Source: Mobula hypostoma (taxonomy: Eukaryota). From it: a stretch of DNA of 64,000 nucleotides. Position 1 is the stretch's first letter, and every line of letters begins with the position of its first letter. Of the stretch, positions 24,331-38,342 are shown piece after piece. A program made the position numbers and the translations under genes. The stretch is taken from contig NC_086101.1 of assembly GCF_963921235.1 (NCBI RefSeq), positions 6,202,001 through 6,266,000 of the forward strand, given 5' to 3'. The notes beneath the pieces are model-generated. The model saw only the letters and a list, made by a program, of their open reading frames with translations. It did no database searches and was not told the DNA's origin.

Positions 24331-26059
24331 GCCGGACCTGCGCAGGTTGGCTTCTGTTGTGTCTGCTCAATACTAACATCAAATAATATTCAGAACTGAA
24401 GTTCACGAAGGTACGTTCACAGCCACAAAGCCAGTCACAGCTCTTCCAGCAGCCTGTTACTTGCAGGCCACAATCTCAATTGAGCATAATGACAAGTTCA
24501 CCTTGCAGATCAGTGAGCTGAACAATGGCCCATCCCTCGCCTCTGGCCCGGACACATTGACCAGAAGACCATAAAATACAGGAGAAGAATTAGGCCATTT
24601 GGCCCATTGAGTCTGTTCCACCATTTCATCATGCACGATCCATTTTCCTCTCAGCTCCAATCTCTTCCATTTATGTGCGGACTAATCAAGAATCTATCAA
24701 CCTCTGCCTTAAATATACATAAAGACTTGGCCTGTGGCAACAAATTCCGAGATTCACCACTCATTACTAAAGAAATTCCTCCTCATCTCCATTCAAAATG
24801 GATGTCTCTCTATTCAGAGTCTGACTGATCTCGTCTTTGACTGCCTCACCATCCACTCTGTCAAGGCCTTTTAACATCTGATAGGTTTCGAGGAGATCCC
24901 ATATCACCCGCTCGCCACATTCTCTCAATTCCAATGAATACAGATCCAGAACCATCAAACGCTCCTCATTTCATAAGACTTTCAATTCCAGAATCGTTTT
25001 CCAGAACCTCCTTTGAACTCTCTCCAACGTCAGCACATCCTCTCATACCAGACGGCATGCATTGAAGGTGAGAGGAGGTAGGTTCCAGGGGGATGTTTGG
25101 GGTAAGTTTTTTTTAACTCAGAGAGTCATAGATGCCTGGAATGTGCTGCCGACTATGGTGGTAGAGGTCAATACACCAGAGGCTTTTAAGAGACATTTGG
25201 ATAGGCACATGGATGTAAGGAAGATCGGAGGATATGTACATGGTCGGAGGGATTAGTGTTTGTGTGTTGTTGATTTGCTTTTCGGCTGGTTCATTCTGGG
25301 CAAAATGACCAGTCCCTCTGTTGTACTGTTCTGTATTCTCCCCTTTCTCAGATAAAGGGACTGAAAACTGCTGCGAATACTCCGTGAGGCCTCACTGGTG
25401 CGTTTTATAGCCTCAACATTACATCCTTTTATATTCTAGTCTTCTTGAAACGAATGCTAACATTCCATTATCCTTCATCACCCCCGACTCGACCTGCAAA
25501 TTAACCCTCAGGGAATACTGCACAAGTGCCCGTGCACTTCAGAGTTTTGAATTTTCTCTCCATTTAGAAAATCGTCAATGTTTTAATTTCTTCTGCCAAA
25601 ATGCATGACGAGACACTCCAACACTTTATTCCATCTGCCACTTATTTGCCCATTCTCCTTATCTGCCTAAATTCTTCTGTAGCTCGCCTTCTTCCTCAGA
25701 ACTACAACCACTCCACCTATCTTTGTATCGTACGCAGAGTGGGCCACGAGTCCGTCATGGCACAGTCGTGTATTGGTTGGCACAGCAATTTACAGTGCCA
25801 GTTACCCCGATTCATTTCCCACTGCTGGTTACAAGGTGTTTCTTGGTTCTTCCCATGACCACGTGGGTTTCTTCCAGGTTCTCTGGTTCACTCCCACAGT
25901 CTAAAAACGTACTGGCTGTAAGTTAATTGCTCATTGTACATTGTCCTGTGATCAGGCTTAGGACGAAATCCAGCAGTGTGACTCGAAGGACCAATTCCAG
26001 GCTGTATCTCATTAAGCTTCTCAGATAGAATTCAGGAGAAAGGATAACACTTCTCTAGG

Positions 26060-26320
26060 AATTCACTGGCACAATCAGGTGAAAACACGGGACTGAAATA
26101 CACTGAGCAATAAACAGAGAGGCAGATGATAGGTGGAGCACAATGAGACACGGGTGGCAGCAATACAGGTAATGGTGAGAAACAGATGAGAGACGGAGTA
26201 CTTTATAATACTCCAGAGTAGAGCAGGAGTGGGGACAGGAGCACATGGCAATACAAAACCACAGACTGACAGCCACGGGGAAACACACAAAAAGACAGAG
26301 TTCAACTGGAGGTACTGACA
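26060..26320 (-). repeat. Possible partial LTR
   Basis: Starts TGTCA on the minus strand at 26320 with an internal TATAAA; other end and TSD not found. Confidence 0.35.
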
Positions 26321-26379
26321 CCTTATTTGTAAATGCATCAATATTATACATCCGCAGAGATACTGACATCCAGGAACTT

Positions 26380-29300
26380 GAACCGGTGTTCAGTATCTGG
26401 TGTCAGTTTGACCCATCCCTTCCTCTGCTGTGGGAGATTTCAAGATTTCAGCAATTATCTTGGTAGTGGTGTACATCCCACCACAGGCCAGTGTAAAACA
26501 GGCTCTGGGTGAACTAAGCAATGTGGATGACGAAATTGGAGGCGAAATTGGATGCATATCAACTCTGGCAATGTTTGCAAGCCATTGCTTCCTACAAAGC
26601 GAAACCTAACACCATGCTTGGCAGTGATGGTCACTCCCAGGTGAGCTCAACACCTTTTATTTGCTTTGAAAAGGAGAATAAAACGGCAGTCAGGAGGATC
26701 CCTACAGTACCTGCTGACCTCTTAACCTCTGTCTCAGAGGCTGACGTCAGGCTGTCTATCAGGAGCGAGAATCCTCGCAAGCTGACAGGCCTCGATGGAG
26801 TACCTGGTACGGCTCTGAGAACCTGTGCCAACCAACTGGTGGGTCTTCAAAAACATCTTCAATCTCTCATTGCTATAGTCAGAAGTTGACACCTGCTTTA
26901 AAAGGGCAAGAATCATACCAGTTCCTAAGACCACCAGGGTCTTAATGTCTGTCATCCAGTAGCACTCAAATCTACAGTGATGAAGTGCTTCGAGAGGTTG
27001 TTTACAGTTAGAATCAACTCCTGCTTCAACAAGGATCGGGACCCACTGCAATTTGCCTATCTCCACAATAGGATTACAGTGAATAGTCATAGTCATAGTC
27101 ATACTTTATTGATCCCAGGGGGAAATTGGTTTTCATTACAGTTGCACCATAAATAATAAATAGTAATAGAACCATCAATAGATAAATAGTAATATGTAAA
27201 TTATGCCAGTAAATTATGAAATAAGTCCAGGACCAGCCTATTGGCACAGGGTGTATGACCTTCCAAGGAAGGAGTTGTAAAGTTTGATGGCCACAGGCAG
27301 GAATGACTTCCTATGAAGCTCTGTGCTGCATCTTGGAGGAATGAGTCTCTGGCTGAATGTACTCCTGTGCCCACCCAGTACATTATAGAAACATAGAAAC
27401 ATAGAAAATAGGTGCAGGAGTAGGCCATTCGGCCCTTCGAGCCTGCACTGCCATTTATTATGATCATGGCTGATCATCCAACTCAGAACCCCGCCCCAGC
27501 CTTCCCTCCATACCCCCTGATCCCCGTAGCCACAAGGGCCATATCTAACTCCCTCTTAAATATAGCCAATGAACTGGCCTCAACTGTTTCCTGTGGCAGA
27601 GAATTCCACAGATTCACCACTCTCTGTGTGAAGAAGTTTTTCCTAATCTCAGTCCTAAAAGGCTTCCCCTTTATCCTCAAACTGTGACCCCTTGTTCTGG
27701 ACTTCCCCAACATCGGGAACAATCTTCCTGCATCTAGCCTGTCCAATCCCTTTAGGATCTTATACGTTTCAATCAGATCCCTCCTCAATCTTCTAAATTC
27801 CAATGAGTACAAGCCCAGTTCATCCAGTCTTTCTTCATATGAAAGTCCTGCCATCCCAGGAATCAATCTGGTGAACCTTCTTTGTACTCCCTCTATGGCA
27901 AGGATGTCTTTCCTCAGATTAGGGGACCAAAACTGCACACAATACTCCAGGTGTGGTCTCACCAAGGCCTTGTACAACTGCAGTAGTACCTCCCTGCTCC
28001 TGTACTCGAATTCTCTCGCTATAAATGCCAGCATACCATTCACCTTTTTCACCGCCTGCTGTACCTGCATGCCCACTTTCAATGACTGGTGTATAATGAC
28101 ACCCAGGTCTCGTTGCACCTCCCCTTTTCCTAATCGGCCACCATTCAGATAATAATCTGTTTTCCTATTTTTGCCACCAAAGTGGATAACTTCACATTTA
28201 TCCACATTAAATTGCATCTGCCATGAATTTGCCCACTCACCCAACCTATCCAAGTCACTCTGCATCCTCTTAGCATCCTCCTCACAGCTAACACTGCCAC
28301 CCAGCTTCGTGTCATCCGCAAACTTGGAGATGCTGCATTTAATTCCCTCATCCAAGTCATTAATATATATTGTAAACAACTGGGAGATATTGACCAAGAT
28401 AGCATGCAACTTAGACAGCATCCTCTTTTCAGACACCACCGTCAGAGAGTCCAGTTCCATCGCCACAACATCACTGGCCTTACGAATAAGTTTGTTGATT
28501 CTGTTGGTGTCTGCTACCCTCAACCTGCTGCCCCAGCACACAACCGCAAACATGATAGCACTGGCCACCACAGACTCGTAGAACATCCTCAGCATCGTCC
28601 GGCAAATGTTAAAGGACCTCAGTCTCCTCAGGAAATAGAGACGGCTCTGACCCTTCTTGTAGACAGCCTCAGTATTCTTAGACCAGTCCAATTTATTGTC
28701 AATTTGTATCCTCAGGTATTTGTAATCCTCCACCATGTCCACACTGACCCCCTGGATGGAAACAGGGGTCACCGGTACCTTAGCTCTCCTCAGGTCTACC
28801 ACCAGCTCCTTAGTCTTTTTCACATTAAGCTGCAGATAATTCTGCTCACACCATGTGACAAAGTCCCTACCGTAGCCCTGTACTAGGGAATGCCATCTCA
28901 TTGGCTCTTCACATGGCCTTGGATTACTTGGACAATAATATTTATGTCAGGCTGCTGTTTATTGACTGCAGCTCAGCAATTAACACAATCATTCTACAGT
29001 TCTGATTTTAAAAAAAGTTCCAAAATCTGGGGCTCTGTACCTTTCTCTGCCACTGGATCCTCGACTTTCTCACCCGAAGACTAGTCTGTACGAATCAGAA
29101 ATAACATCTCCACCTCTTCGGTAATCAACACTGGTGGACCTCAGGGATGTGTGCTTAGCCACTGCTATACCCTCTCTCCACCCATGACTGTGTGGCTAGA
29201 CACAGCTCACGTGCCATCTCTAAATTTGCAGATGACACAACTATTTTAGCACTATTTGTGATGAACCAATCCTCACAGAGGGATCAGAGGTGGAAATAAT

Positions 29301-29770
29301 ATGCAATTTCAAGTTCTTGGGTGTCAACATCTCTGAAGATCTATCCTGGGCCCAACATATTGATACAGCTACAAAGAAGGCACAACATTGGCTATACTTC
29401 ATTTGGAGATTGAGGAGATTTGGTATGACACCAAAGGCACCAGTAAATTTCTATAGATGGACCAAGGAGAAAATTCTAACCGGCTGCATCACCATCTGCT
29501 CTGGGGGTGGGACACTGCATAGCACCAAAATAAGCTGCAGAAAGTTGTAAACTTACTAGCTCCATCACGGGTATTTGGCTCCCCAGCATCCTGGACCTTC
29601 AAGAAACGCTGCCTGAAAAAGGGGGCATCCATCACTCACGACCCCCATCACCCAAAACATGCCCACTTCTCCTTGGTACCATCAGGGTGAGGTACAGGAG
29701 CCTGAAGACACACACTCAACAATTCAAGAATTGCTTCTTCCTCTCTGTCATCAGATTTCTGAATGGGTAT
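26380..29770 (+). mobile_element. Old Rex1/L2-type LINE, split by nested insertions 27085-28887
   Basis: G-x-[25 protein letters not shown] before the gap; HLD/DCSSA, PQGCVL, KFLGVNISEDLSW after it. Confidence 0.75.
27085..28887 (-). mobile_element. Rex1/Babar-type 3' fragment containing a nested CR1 3' fragment (27386-28384)
   Basis: (ATGACT)n tail; GAAT duplication at 27081-27084 / 28888-28891; CR1 part near-identical to 46240-47231. Confidence 0.9.
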
Positions 29771-31587
29771 CAAACCCAATAACACTACCTCACTACTATC
29801 TTTTTCTCAATACTTATTGAATTTAACTTTATATATTTATATACTTCTCACTGTAATTCAGATTTTATCATGTACTGCAATGTTGAGTGCATATCAACAA
29901 ATTTCACGACATAAGCAGGTGGTATCAAACCTGATTTTCATCCAATTTATTGCCTCATCCTGAATGCAAAACAATCCAGCCTTTTTGACCAACCTCCAAT
30001 TCGAGACCTTGCAAAAGTTCATGGAGACAACATTCACTGCCTTGCCTTCATTAATTTTCTTTGTAAACTTCCTAAAAAAAACCTACAAGAATGATTAGAC
30101 ATGACTTACCACGCACAAATCCATGCTAACTATCCCTAAACCGTCCCTGTCTTCCAAATACTTGCATATCCAGTCCCTTAGAATACCTTCCAGTAACTTT
30201 CTCACTACTGAGGTCAGGCTCACTGGCCTATATTTTCCTCATTTATTTTCAGAGCATTCTGAAACAACAGAACAGCATTTGCTATCTCCACAATAGGTCT
30301 ATGGTGGAAGCGATCTCATTGTCTCTCCATGCGGCGTGAATCACCTGGACAATACAAATACTTATGTCAGGATGCTGGTTATTGACTACAGCTCCACGTT
30401 TAACACCATCATTCCTACAGTTCTGATCAAAAAGCTCCAGAAACTGGGCCTCGTATCTCCCTCTGCAATTGGATCCTCAACTCCCAAACAAGAAGACCAC
30501 AATCTGTGCTGAAATGCCACCTATAAATTTGCAGCTAATACAACCATTCTTGGCAGAATTTCAGATGGTGATGCAACGGCGTACAGGAGTGAGATATACC
30601 AGCTCATTGAGTGGTGATGCAGCAACAACCTTGCACTCAACATCAGTAAAACCAAAGAACCGACTGTGGACTTCAGAAAGGGTAAGACGAGGGAAGACAC
30701 ACCAGTCCTCATAGAGGGATCAGAAGTGGAGACAGTGAGCAATTACAAGTTCCTGTTTGTCAATATCTCTGAGGATCAGCCTGGACCCAATGTATCGATG
30801 CAGCTACGAAGAAGGCACTGTAGTGGTTATATTTCATTAGGAGTTTGAGAAGAGTTGGTACGTCACCAAACACACTTGAAAATTTATGCGGTGTATTGTG
30901 GAGAGCATTCACACTGGCTGCATCACTGGCTGCTATGGTGGGGTGGGGGCTACTGCACAAGATCAAAGTAAGCTGCAGAGGGTTATAAACTCCATCACCC
31001 AGGTCATGCCTTGTTCTCATTGTTACCACCAGGAAGGAGGGACAGAAACTCAACAATTAAGCAACAGCTTCTTCCCCTCAGCCAAACGATTTCTGAATGA
31101 ACATTGAATAAACGACCACTAGCTCACTACTTTTTATTCCAGTTTTGCACTAATTATTTAATTTCACTATTTAATATATATAATTACCAGAATTAGGTTT
31201 TTTCTCTATCATTACGCATTCCATTGCTCTGCTGGCGCAAAGTCAACAAATGTCACGACTTCTGCTGGTTATATTAAACCTCATTCTGATCCACATTCAA
31301 CATGTCCCACCTCCCTGAGGTTCAGCTTGACTTCCTTCTACCAGTCAGCACCCCCGTCACTTGTCCCCCCTCTCCCGGCTCAGTGCCGGTGGACTGCAGG
31401 AGCCGGGGAGCTCAGGACCCGCCACCCGCGGCTGCTGCTGAATCCGCGGTGTTTCTGTTCCGTTGACGGATGCGGTGAACGAGTAAAAATTAATGGATCG
31501 ATAATTCTCAAATGGTGTTTATTTCACTCTCCGCACATTTATATTTACACTGACTTACTCCTGACGCCGGTCCCGGACCCAACCCAT

Positions 31588-32120
31588 TTACAGACCCGGA
31601 GCGGAACCAGAGCAGATTCTCAGCCACTGGTTTTCATCCCAAGTCCAAAACAAAGGATAAAGTTTCTCCGTGAATTTGTTCCCAGTGAAGGTGTGGAGAT
31701 GGGACTTGGTCTCCGCGTTGTAAAATGAAACTGTGCCGGACTCGTAACTGAGATAAACTCCCACCTTCCCGGGGATGGGATCGGCAGGGAGACGGGGTTC
31801 TGGGCAGGTGAGAACCTTCATCTCGTCATCAATCCGCCCGATGGTCCAGAATCCGGTCTCCGGACTCGCTCCGACCCATCTCTTCCTCTGCACAGACTCT
31901 GCGGCAACACCGAGACTCCAGTACCGATTCCCCGTCACCTCCACCTCCCAGTAATGTCTCCCCGATGTGAATCCCTCCGATCCCAGCACACAACCCCAGA
32001 CTGTGAACCTCTTCCTGGTGTCAGGGAGAATCCTCCGGGTCCAGGTCCATCTCACACTCTTCCGATCCTCAGACACCTCGAGCTTCGGATGCGCCGTTTC
32101 CACATCCAGGGTGACAGAGA
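31588..32120 (-). CDS. TRIM gene exon 6 (terminal, PRY/SPRY B30.2 domain), copy B
   Basis: CAG acceptor, 533 nt, phase-1 join V|SVTLD, TAA stop, AATAAA at 31518-31523 on the minus strand. Confidence 0.92.
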
Positions 32121-35100
32121 CTGGGGGGAGAGGAAGAGAATTAGAGAGTCCCCGGGGATCGGGGTGAGACTTGGCCACCCACTGGGGCTCAGTCAGAGTC
32201 GGGTGGCCGACAGTAATCGAACACAGGATTTTACCCGACTACAACGGATAGCCAACCAGTATCTTCCCGAGGTTTTTCCTCTGGGATAAAGAGCGGAGTT
32301 TTCCCGATCAGCACACACAAAATTCTGCAGGAAATTAACGGATTGAGCAGCATGTGTGGAGGGAAGTGGCCAGGACCCGATTCAATTCCAGATCTTTCCT
32401 CAAGAATGGAAGGAAAGAGGGGAGATGTCCAGTAAAAACCGGTGTGGGTAGGCGCTGGGACAGCAACTGGATCCAGATGGGGATGGGGCGAGTGAATATT
32501 GGAGGAGTTTAAACAGGAGGTCAGAGAGCCTCTTCGGCCCAACACGTTTGTGCCAACCAATTTGCTTTAATGACATAGTCCCATTTGCTTGGCATCATAC
32601 CGGTTTGTGCGAGGTCATTACAACTTGCATCCACTCTTGGAGTTTGGAGTTAAATTCCGGTGCTGTCTGGAGGGAGTTTTCTACGTCCCTTCCCCCACCC
32701 TCGTGACTGCGTGGGTTTCCCCCAGATGCTCTGGTTTCCTCCAAAGATGTACTGGTTACTAGGTTAATTGATTATTGTAAATTGTCTTGTGATTAGGCTG
32801 ATGATAAATACTTGGGTTACTCTACCCACCCCGACAGCTTCTTCTGGCAACCTCTTCAGTTCCAGAGAGAATGTCCCAGCCTGGTCCAGCCTCTCCTTAT
32901 AAACCAAGCTCTCCAGCCTCCGTAACATCCTTGTAAATCTGTCTACACCCTCTCCAGGTGAGTTACATCCCTCTTATAGCAAGGTGACCAGAACTGTACA
33001 CACTGCTCCAAATGTGGCCAGACCAACGTCTTGTACACACGGAACAGGAAGTCCCAGCTCCTGTACTCAGTATTCTGACCAATAAAGGTAAGCACGCTAA
33101 ACTGTGTCACGGTTTTGAAGGAACTATGTACCTGTGCCACTTGGTCTTTCCATTGGACAACTTCCTTCAGAGTTGTGCAATTGCTGTGTATTTCCTGTCC
33201 TGGTTTGTTTTGCAAAAATACAACATCCTACATTTCCCTGAGTTAATCTCCCACTGGCCCAGCTGATCAAGTGCCCATTGTAAACTTAGATAACCCTCTT
33301 TACTGTCCACTGTACCACGAATTTTAGTATCATTCATAAACCTACCAAAAATGTCACCTACATCCCATCCAAATCATTAAAATGAATAACAAACAACTGC
33401 GGACCCAGCAGCAACGCCTGCAGGTCACAGGCCTCCAGTCCACTGTGCTTAAGATTCACTTGGACGGTCATTTCAATCGACAAGGCACAGAAGGAGTGTC
33501 ACCAAATATCAGCCAATGCGATGAGTGTAGATGGGTAAATAGGTCAGCACACAGGTGATGGGTTGAAAGGCCCATTTCTGTACTGTACGAAGATGACTCT
33601 GTGACTTTAAATGAACTGAATGACTGGGACACCACACCCCTCTGATGCAGAGAATTCCAAAGATACACCTTCCTCTCAAGGGTATAACCACCCTGAGGTA
33701 GTGACCACTGACCCTCGACTCCTCAGACAGGAAAACATCCTCCCTGCATCCTGTCTGTTGAGCCTGGGAAGAATTTTGTGTTTCCCTGAGATCTCCTCTC
33801 ATTCTTCGAAACAGGGGACAGAGAACATAGAGCAGTACGGCGCCAAAACAGGCCCTCCTTTCAATGTGACAGTGACTGATCGATTCCGGCATCAATTCCT
33901 CTTCTATTTCAGATCCCCAATACCTCCATCCCTCGATATTTCAAAAATTTCTCTCCCTCCACCTTAAATATATCCAATAATCAGGCCTCACACAAACTGC
34001 TGGAGGAACTTAGTGGGTTGAGCTGCATCCGTTGAGGAAAGGAACTGTCGACGTTTCATGTCAAAACCCTACATCAGGACAGAGAGTGGAGAGGGGAGAT
34101 GGCCGGTATACAGAGGAGAAGAGGAGTGATGAGGCAGGAGTGACTGTGGACTGAGGAGTGGTGAAAAATGGTGGGCAGGTTGCCCCAGGTCGGGGAAGGG
34201 TGAGGGAGTCTGGTCTCCAGTTGGGGGACACCGGGAGATGAATGACAGATGGAGATTGACACAGAGAAACAAGTGAGAGGACGATGGAGCGAGGTTGCAG
34301 GATTGGGTTGTGGAGAGCGTGAGAAAGTGAAAAACAGGAATCCAAAGGCTGCCTTGTTTTGTAATCTTCTCAGTAATGGAGGTGATCATGGGAACCATTC
34401 GGGGAGAGATGGAACCAGAACCGGATGGGAGAGGGGTGGAAAGCCTGTGAGTGAACAGTGTTTCTGGCCAGGAGGAACTACAGGCTACAAATGAGTGAAT
34501 TTGAATGAATCAAGGACAGTGGAAGCAGACAGACAGTCTTTGCTCTTGCCATGAGGTAGAAGGAGATCAAGGCTGCCATATAAATCTGTCCTCCATTTTG
34601 AGAACTTAAGTTGTTTTGCTTTGAAAGTAGACTTAATGCATGAAGATCCATGTAGCAGTGTGTATAGATGGAACTACAAGGTGGAGGGGATGAAGATGGG
34701 TGATGAGGATCTCTTGCCTATGATCCCAGCCCCACAGTCCCTCATTAGAACACGGGATGAATTTGCAGAGACCCTGGCAGACATATTTGCCTGACAATTC
34801 ACCACAGGTTGAGTTGCTGGAAGACTAGACGGTGGCTCAGGTGGTGCCCTTGGTTAGGAAGTATGGGATGAGCAAGCCGGGGAACTCCATGCTGCTGAGC
34901 CTAATATCAGTAGTGATGATGTTTCTGAAAGACAGGTTTGACTGCACCTGGAAAGGCAAGGACAGTCAGCGTGGCTCACAAATCTGATTAAGTATAGCAG
35001 AAAACTGGATCAAAATCTTCACTCTAAAGACAGCACTGTGGCAATTTTTGATGAGGAAATGTGAGATTGAAGAGGAGGATTCTAGGCCAATGGACAGTCT

Positions 35101-35169
35101 TGATAAGCTGAAGGATGAGAAATTACAATCTTCTGAGTCATTTCACTGCACTAATGCAACAGGGTCACA

Positions 35170-36231
35170 AAAAGGTCCGTCTTTGCAATGAAAGCTACTT
35201 ATCAATTGGTTTTACACGGACTGGTGACACATGGAGCCTAATCTGCGGCATAACCAGCAACTGTAGCAATAGCTCAAGCATCATTGAAAAGGCACTTAAC
35301 TATAAATCAGTCATATGACATGTAAAAGACTTGATTCTTTTAAATGGCTACTGGAATATCAAAAGAAACAGAGTAAAGATTTTGTTAATAAAGTCACAGT
35401 CAGATAAAGGGTTCAGGACACAGATTTTTTAGTAGCAGAACTTATTACACAGAAAATGGTTAACTTTATTAAACAAAGACCAGTTCACTGGAGAATGTTT
35501 TAAAAAAACTGTGTGAAAACCTGGACAAACTGCACATACAGAAATCTGGTGACTCAGCAGAGGAAGAGTTCTCAACAGGGTACTTGAGCTGAAAGGTGAA
35601 TTGCAGGAGTACTATCAAGAAAGTTGTAGGCCAGATTTTGCTGAGTACTTTGAAGATGAAGAATGGCTGCAGAAACTAGCCTACCTAGCAGACATTTTTC
35701 ATCATACGAACTAGTTGAACAAGTCTCTGCAAGGCCATGGAGAAAATGTTTTGACTTCAAGTGACAAGATTCTTGGATTTTAAACAAAAGAGAATCTTTG
35801 GAAAAATCATATTGCAAAAGTAAATCATGAAATGTTTCCACTGAAGCTTTGACTTGAGAGTGAGGAAGGATATCAAAAAGTCTCAAGGCTTATAAAAAGT
35901 ACCACCACAAAGAATTGCAGAATGAGTTATTAACAGAAATTTATTATGTTTGCCTTTTGATTTTTTTAAACTTATGAAAGGGAAAGAAAGAGATTAATTT
36001 CAAGAAACTGAAGCTAATCTTAACTACCTGTTTTTTTTCCAAGAATGGTTGGCTACAAATTGATTCTCTACTTAAAACAATACTGAATTATTTTTGGATT
36101 ATTAGAACTACAACTTACTAATCAAGTTAACCTACCATGAGCTGTAGATATAATATTTTTTACACAGGGGTTCCTTGAGACCTGAAAATTATTTCAAGGG
36201 TTCCTCCAGGGCAAAATGGTGAGAACGGCTA
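35170..36231 (+). mobile_element. Internally deleted hAT Charlie/Buster element in TRIM intron 5
   Basis: Homologous to 3370-3693; continues into LSRGRVL and LAYLADIF..LN-x-SLQG-like fragments; TIR-like end near 36231. Confidence 0.75.
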
Positions 36232-37064
36232 CCCTTGTCTAAGTCTGTGCCCTCTGGTCCTTGAAACATCCTCCCTACATTGACTCTATCCAGACCGTTC
36301 AATATTCAATAGGTTTCAGTACACTCCCCCCTCACTCTTCTAAACTCCAGTGAGTACAGGCTTAGAGCCATCAAACACTCCTCATATGTTAACCCTTTCA
36401 TTTCTGGGATCTTTCTTGTGAACCTCCTCTGGCCCCTCTCCAATGCCAGCACATCCTTTCTTAGTCATGGGGCTCAAACCTGCTCACGATAGTCCAAGTG
36501 CAGCGAGACTAATGTCTTATAAAGCACCTGCTTTTATATTCCATCCCTCTGAAAATGAATGCTAATATTCAGACTCAGACTTTCTACTAACTTTTACTAT
36601 GTTGTATGCCCTCTCTTTTGCTTTTATGCTGTCCTTCATTTCCCTTGTTGGCCATGATTGTCTCATTGTCCCTTTGGTAAACTTCTTTTTTAATTTGGGA
36701 TTTATCTAAATTGCACCTTCCAAATTGCTTCCAGAAACTTCAGCCTTTGCTGCATTGCAGTCATCCCTGCCAGTATCCACTTCCAATCAACTTTGCCATC
36801 TCCTCTTGATGCCTCTGTAATTCCCTTTAGTTCACTGTAATACTGACACATCTGGCTTTATCTTATCCCTCTCATACTGGAGGGTCAATTATATCACTGG
36901 CCCCTAAGGGTTCATTTTCCTTAAGCTCTCTGAACAATTGCACAACACCAAATCCGTAATAGCTACTAGCGGGCTCAACCACAAGCTGCTCTAAAAAGCC
37001 ACCTCATTGGCATTCTGCAATTGTGTATCATAAAGAAGGGCAAATGAATCTTCGTAACTTTTAC

Positions 37065-37183
37065 CTTGAATAACGGCATCAAGTGTTTCTCTCAATGCTG
37101 TTTTCAACAAATAGGGGTGATAGAATCTTTCAACTGGTAGGGCTCCATCTGTCACTGACAATTCATGGACATCGTCACTAATC
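37065..37183 (-). CDS. TRIM gene exon 5 (119 nt)
   Basis: cag|GATTAGTGAC..ATTCAAG|gtaaa; encodes ISDDVHELSVTDGALPVERFYHPYLLKTALRETLDAVIQ. Confidence 0.88.
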
Positions 37184-37270
37184 CTGTAAATATTAAACCG
37201 CTGGTCACATTCTGCAATTTTGAATTGTTTCACAACTCCATAGAGGGTTTCAGTAAAGAGCGTGTCCTAC

Positions 37271-37293
37271 CTCCTCTCCCGACAAGCTTCCTC
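37271..37293 (-). CDS. TRIM gene exon 4 (23-nt micro-exon)
   Basis: cag|GAGGAAGCTTGTCGGGAGAGGAG|gtagg; restores frame between exons 3 and 5. Confidence 0.85.
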
Positions 37294-38342
37294 CTGGAAT
37301 AAATGAAAGACAAATCTGTGAAGACAGGTTCACTGTCCACATCCTGAATTTCATCCAAGTCATTACAAGGTGTTGCAAGTTCCCACTCCTCAGTCACTCA
37401 CACACACAAACAGTTCAGAACCACAGGGAAAACTACAAAGAATGTTTCTGAAAGTTATACCACAAATGAACGGATGCAACTGACAGGAAAGGCTGAGCAG
37501 GTTGTGTATTTTTATCTGGATATGATGACAGGATGATAAGATGGAGGAATTTAAGATGAGTGATGGATTAGATTGGGCGCTGTTGGAGAAACCATCTCTA
37601 TTTATGGAGAGACCTTAAATTAAACATAAAATGCCATGTGGTTTAGCAAGAGAACGTGGAATTCACAGGCACAGGAGTGGTAGAAGTGGAACAGCAGAGA
37701 TTGAATGTAATGGGGAAGCTGCATAAACACATGAGGGACCATGGAGTTTGGGACACTGTTGCTGGGCGTGGTGAGGAGGTGGGAGGAGGTTTGTTAAACA
37801 GGGAAATTGATAGGAGAGAATGGACTGAAAGACCTGTCTATGATGTAAATTGGGATATAATCCAATGAATAATATATCTGAAAAGGAAAACAGATGGTGC
37901 AAAATTTTCTAAAACAGTGAATCTTATACAATCTGAATATAGATGGTAAATCTGATGTGTGGGTCACAATCTGCAATTCAACCTCAGTTCCCACTGATCA
38001 ACAGAGAGACCCTCACACCCACCACACCAGACACACTCACAGTTTGTGAATGTAACTGGTTGTTACTCTAAGTATCAGGGATAATATACATGGGAATCAC
38101 AGAAACGATCACTAGCTCAGTGCTCTGATCAGAGTAACTCATTCCCGAGAAGGTTGCAGACTGTCCTGTGATGTGCAGATGTTGTGAGAGGCCGGTTTGA
38201 GGATAACAACAATCTGGAACAGTCAGGACATCTGTCTGGTTTAAATCAGTTTGCAACTACAATATTTGTAAAGACCACATTGATTCAAAATACATTATTC
38301 TATCACTGTGCACGTCTGCAGAAACCAACTCAAATCTCTCAC

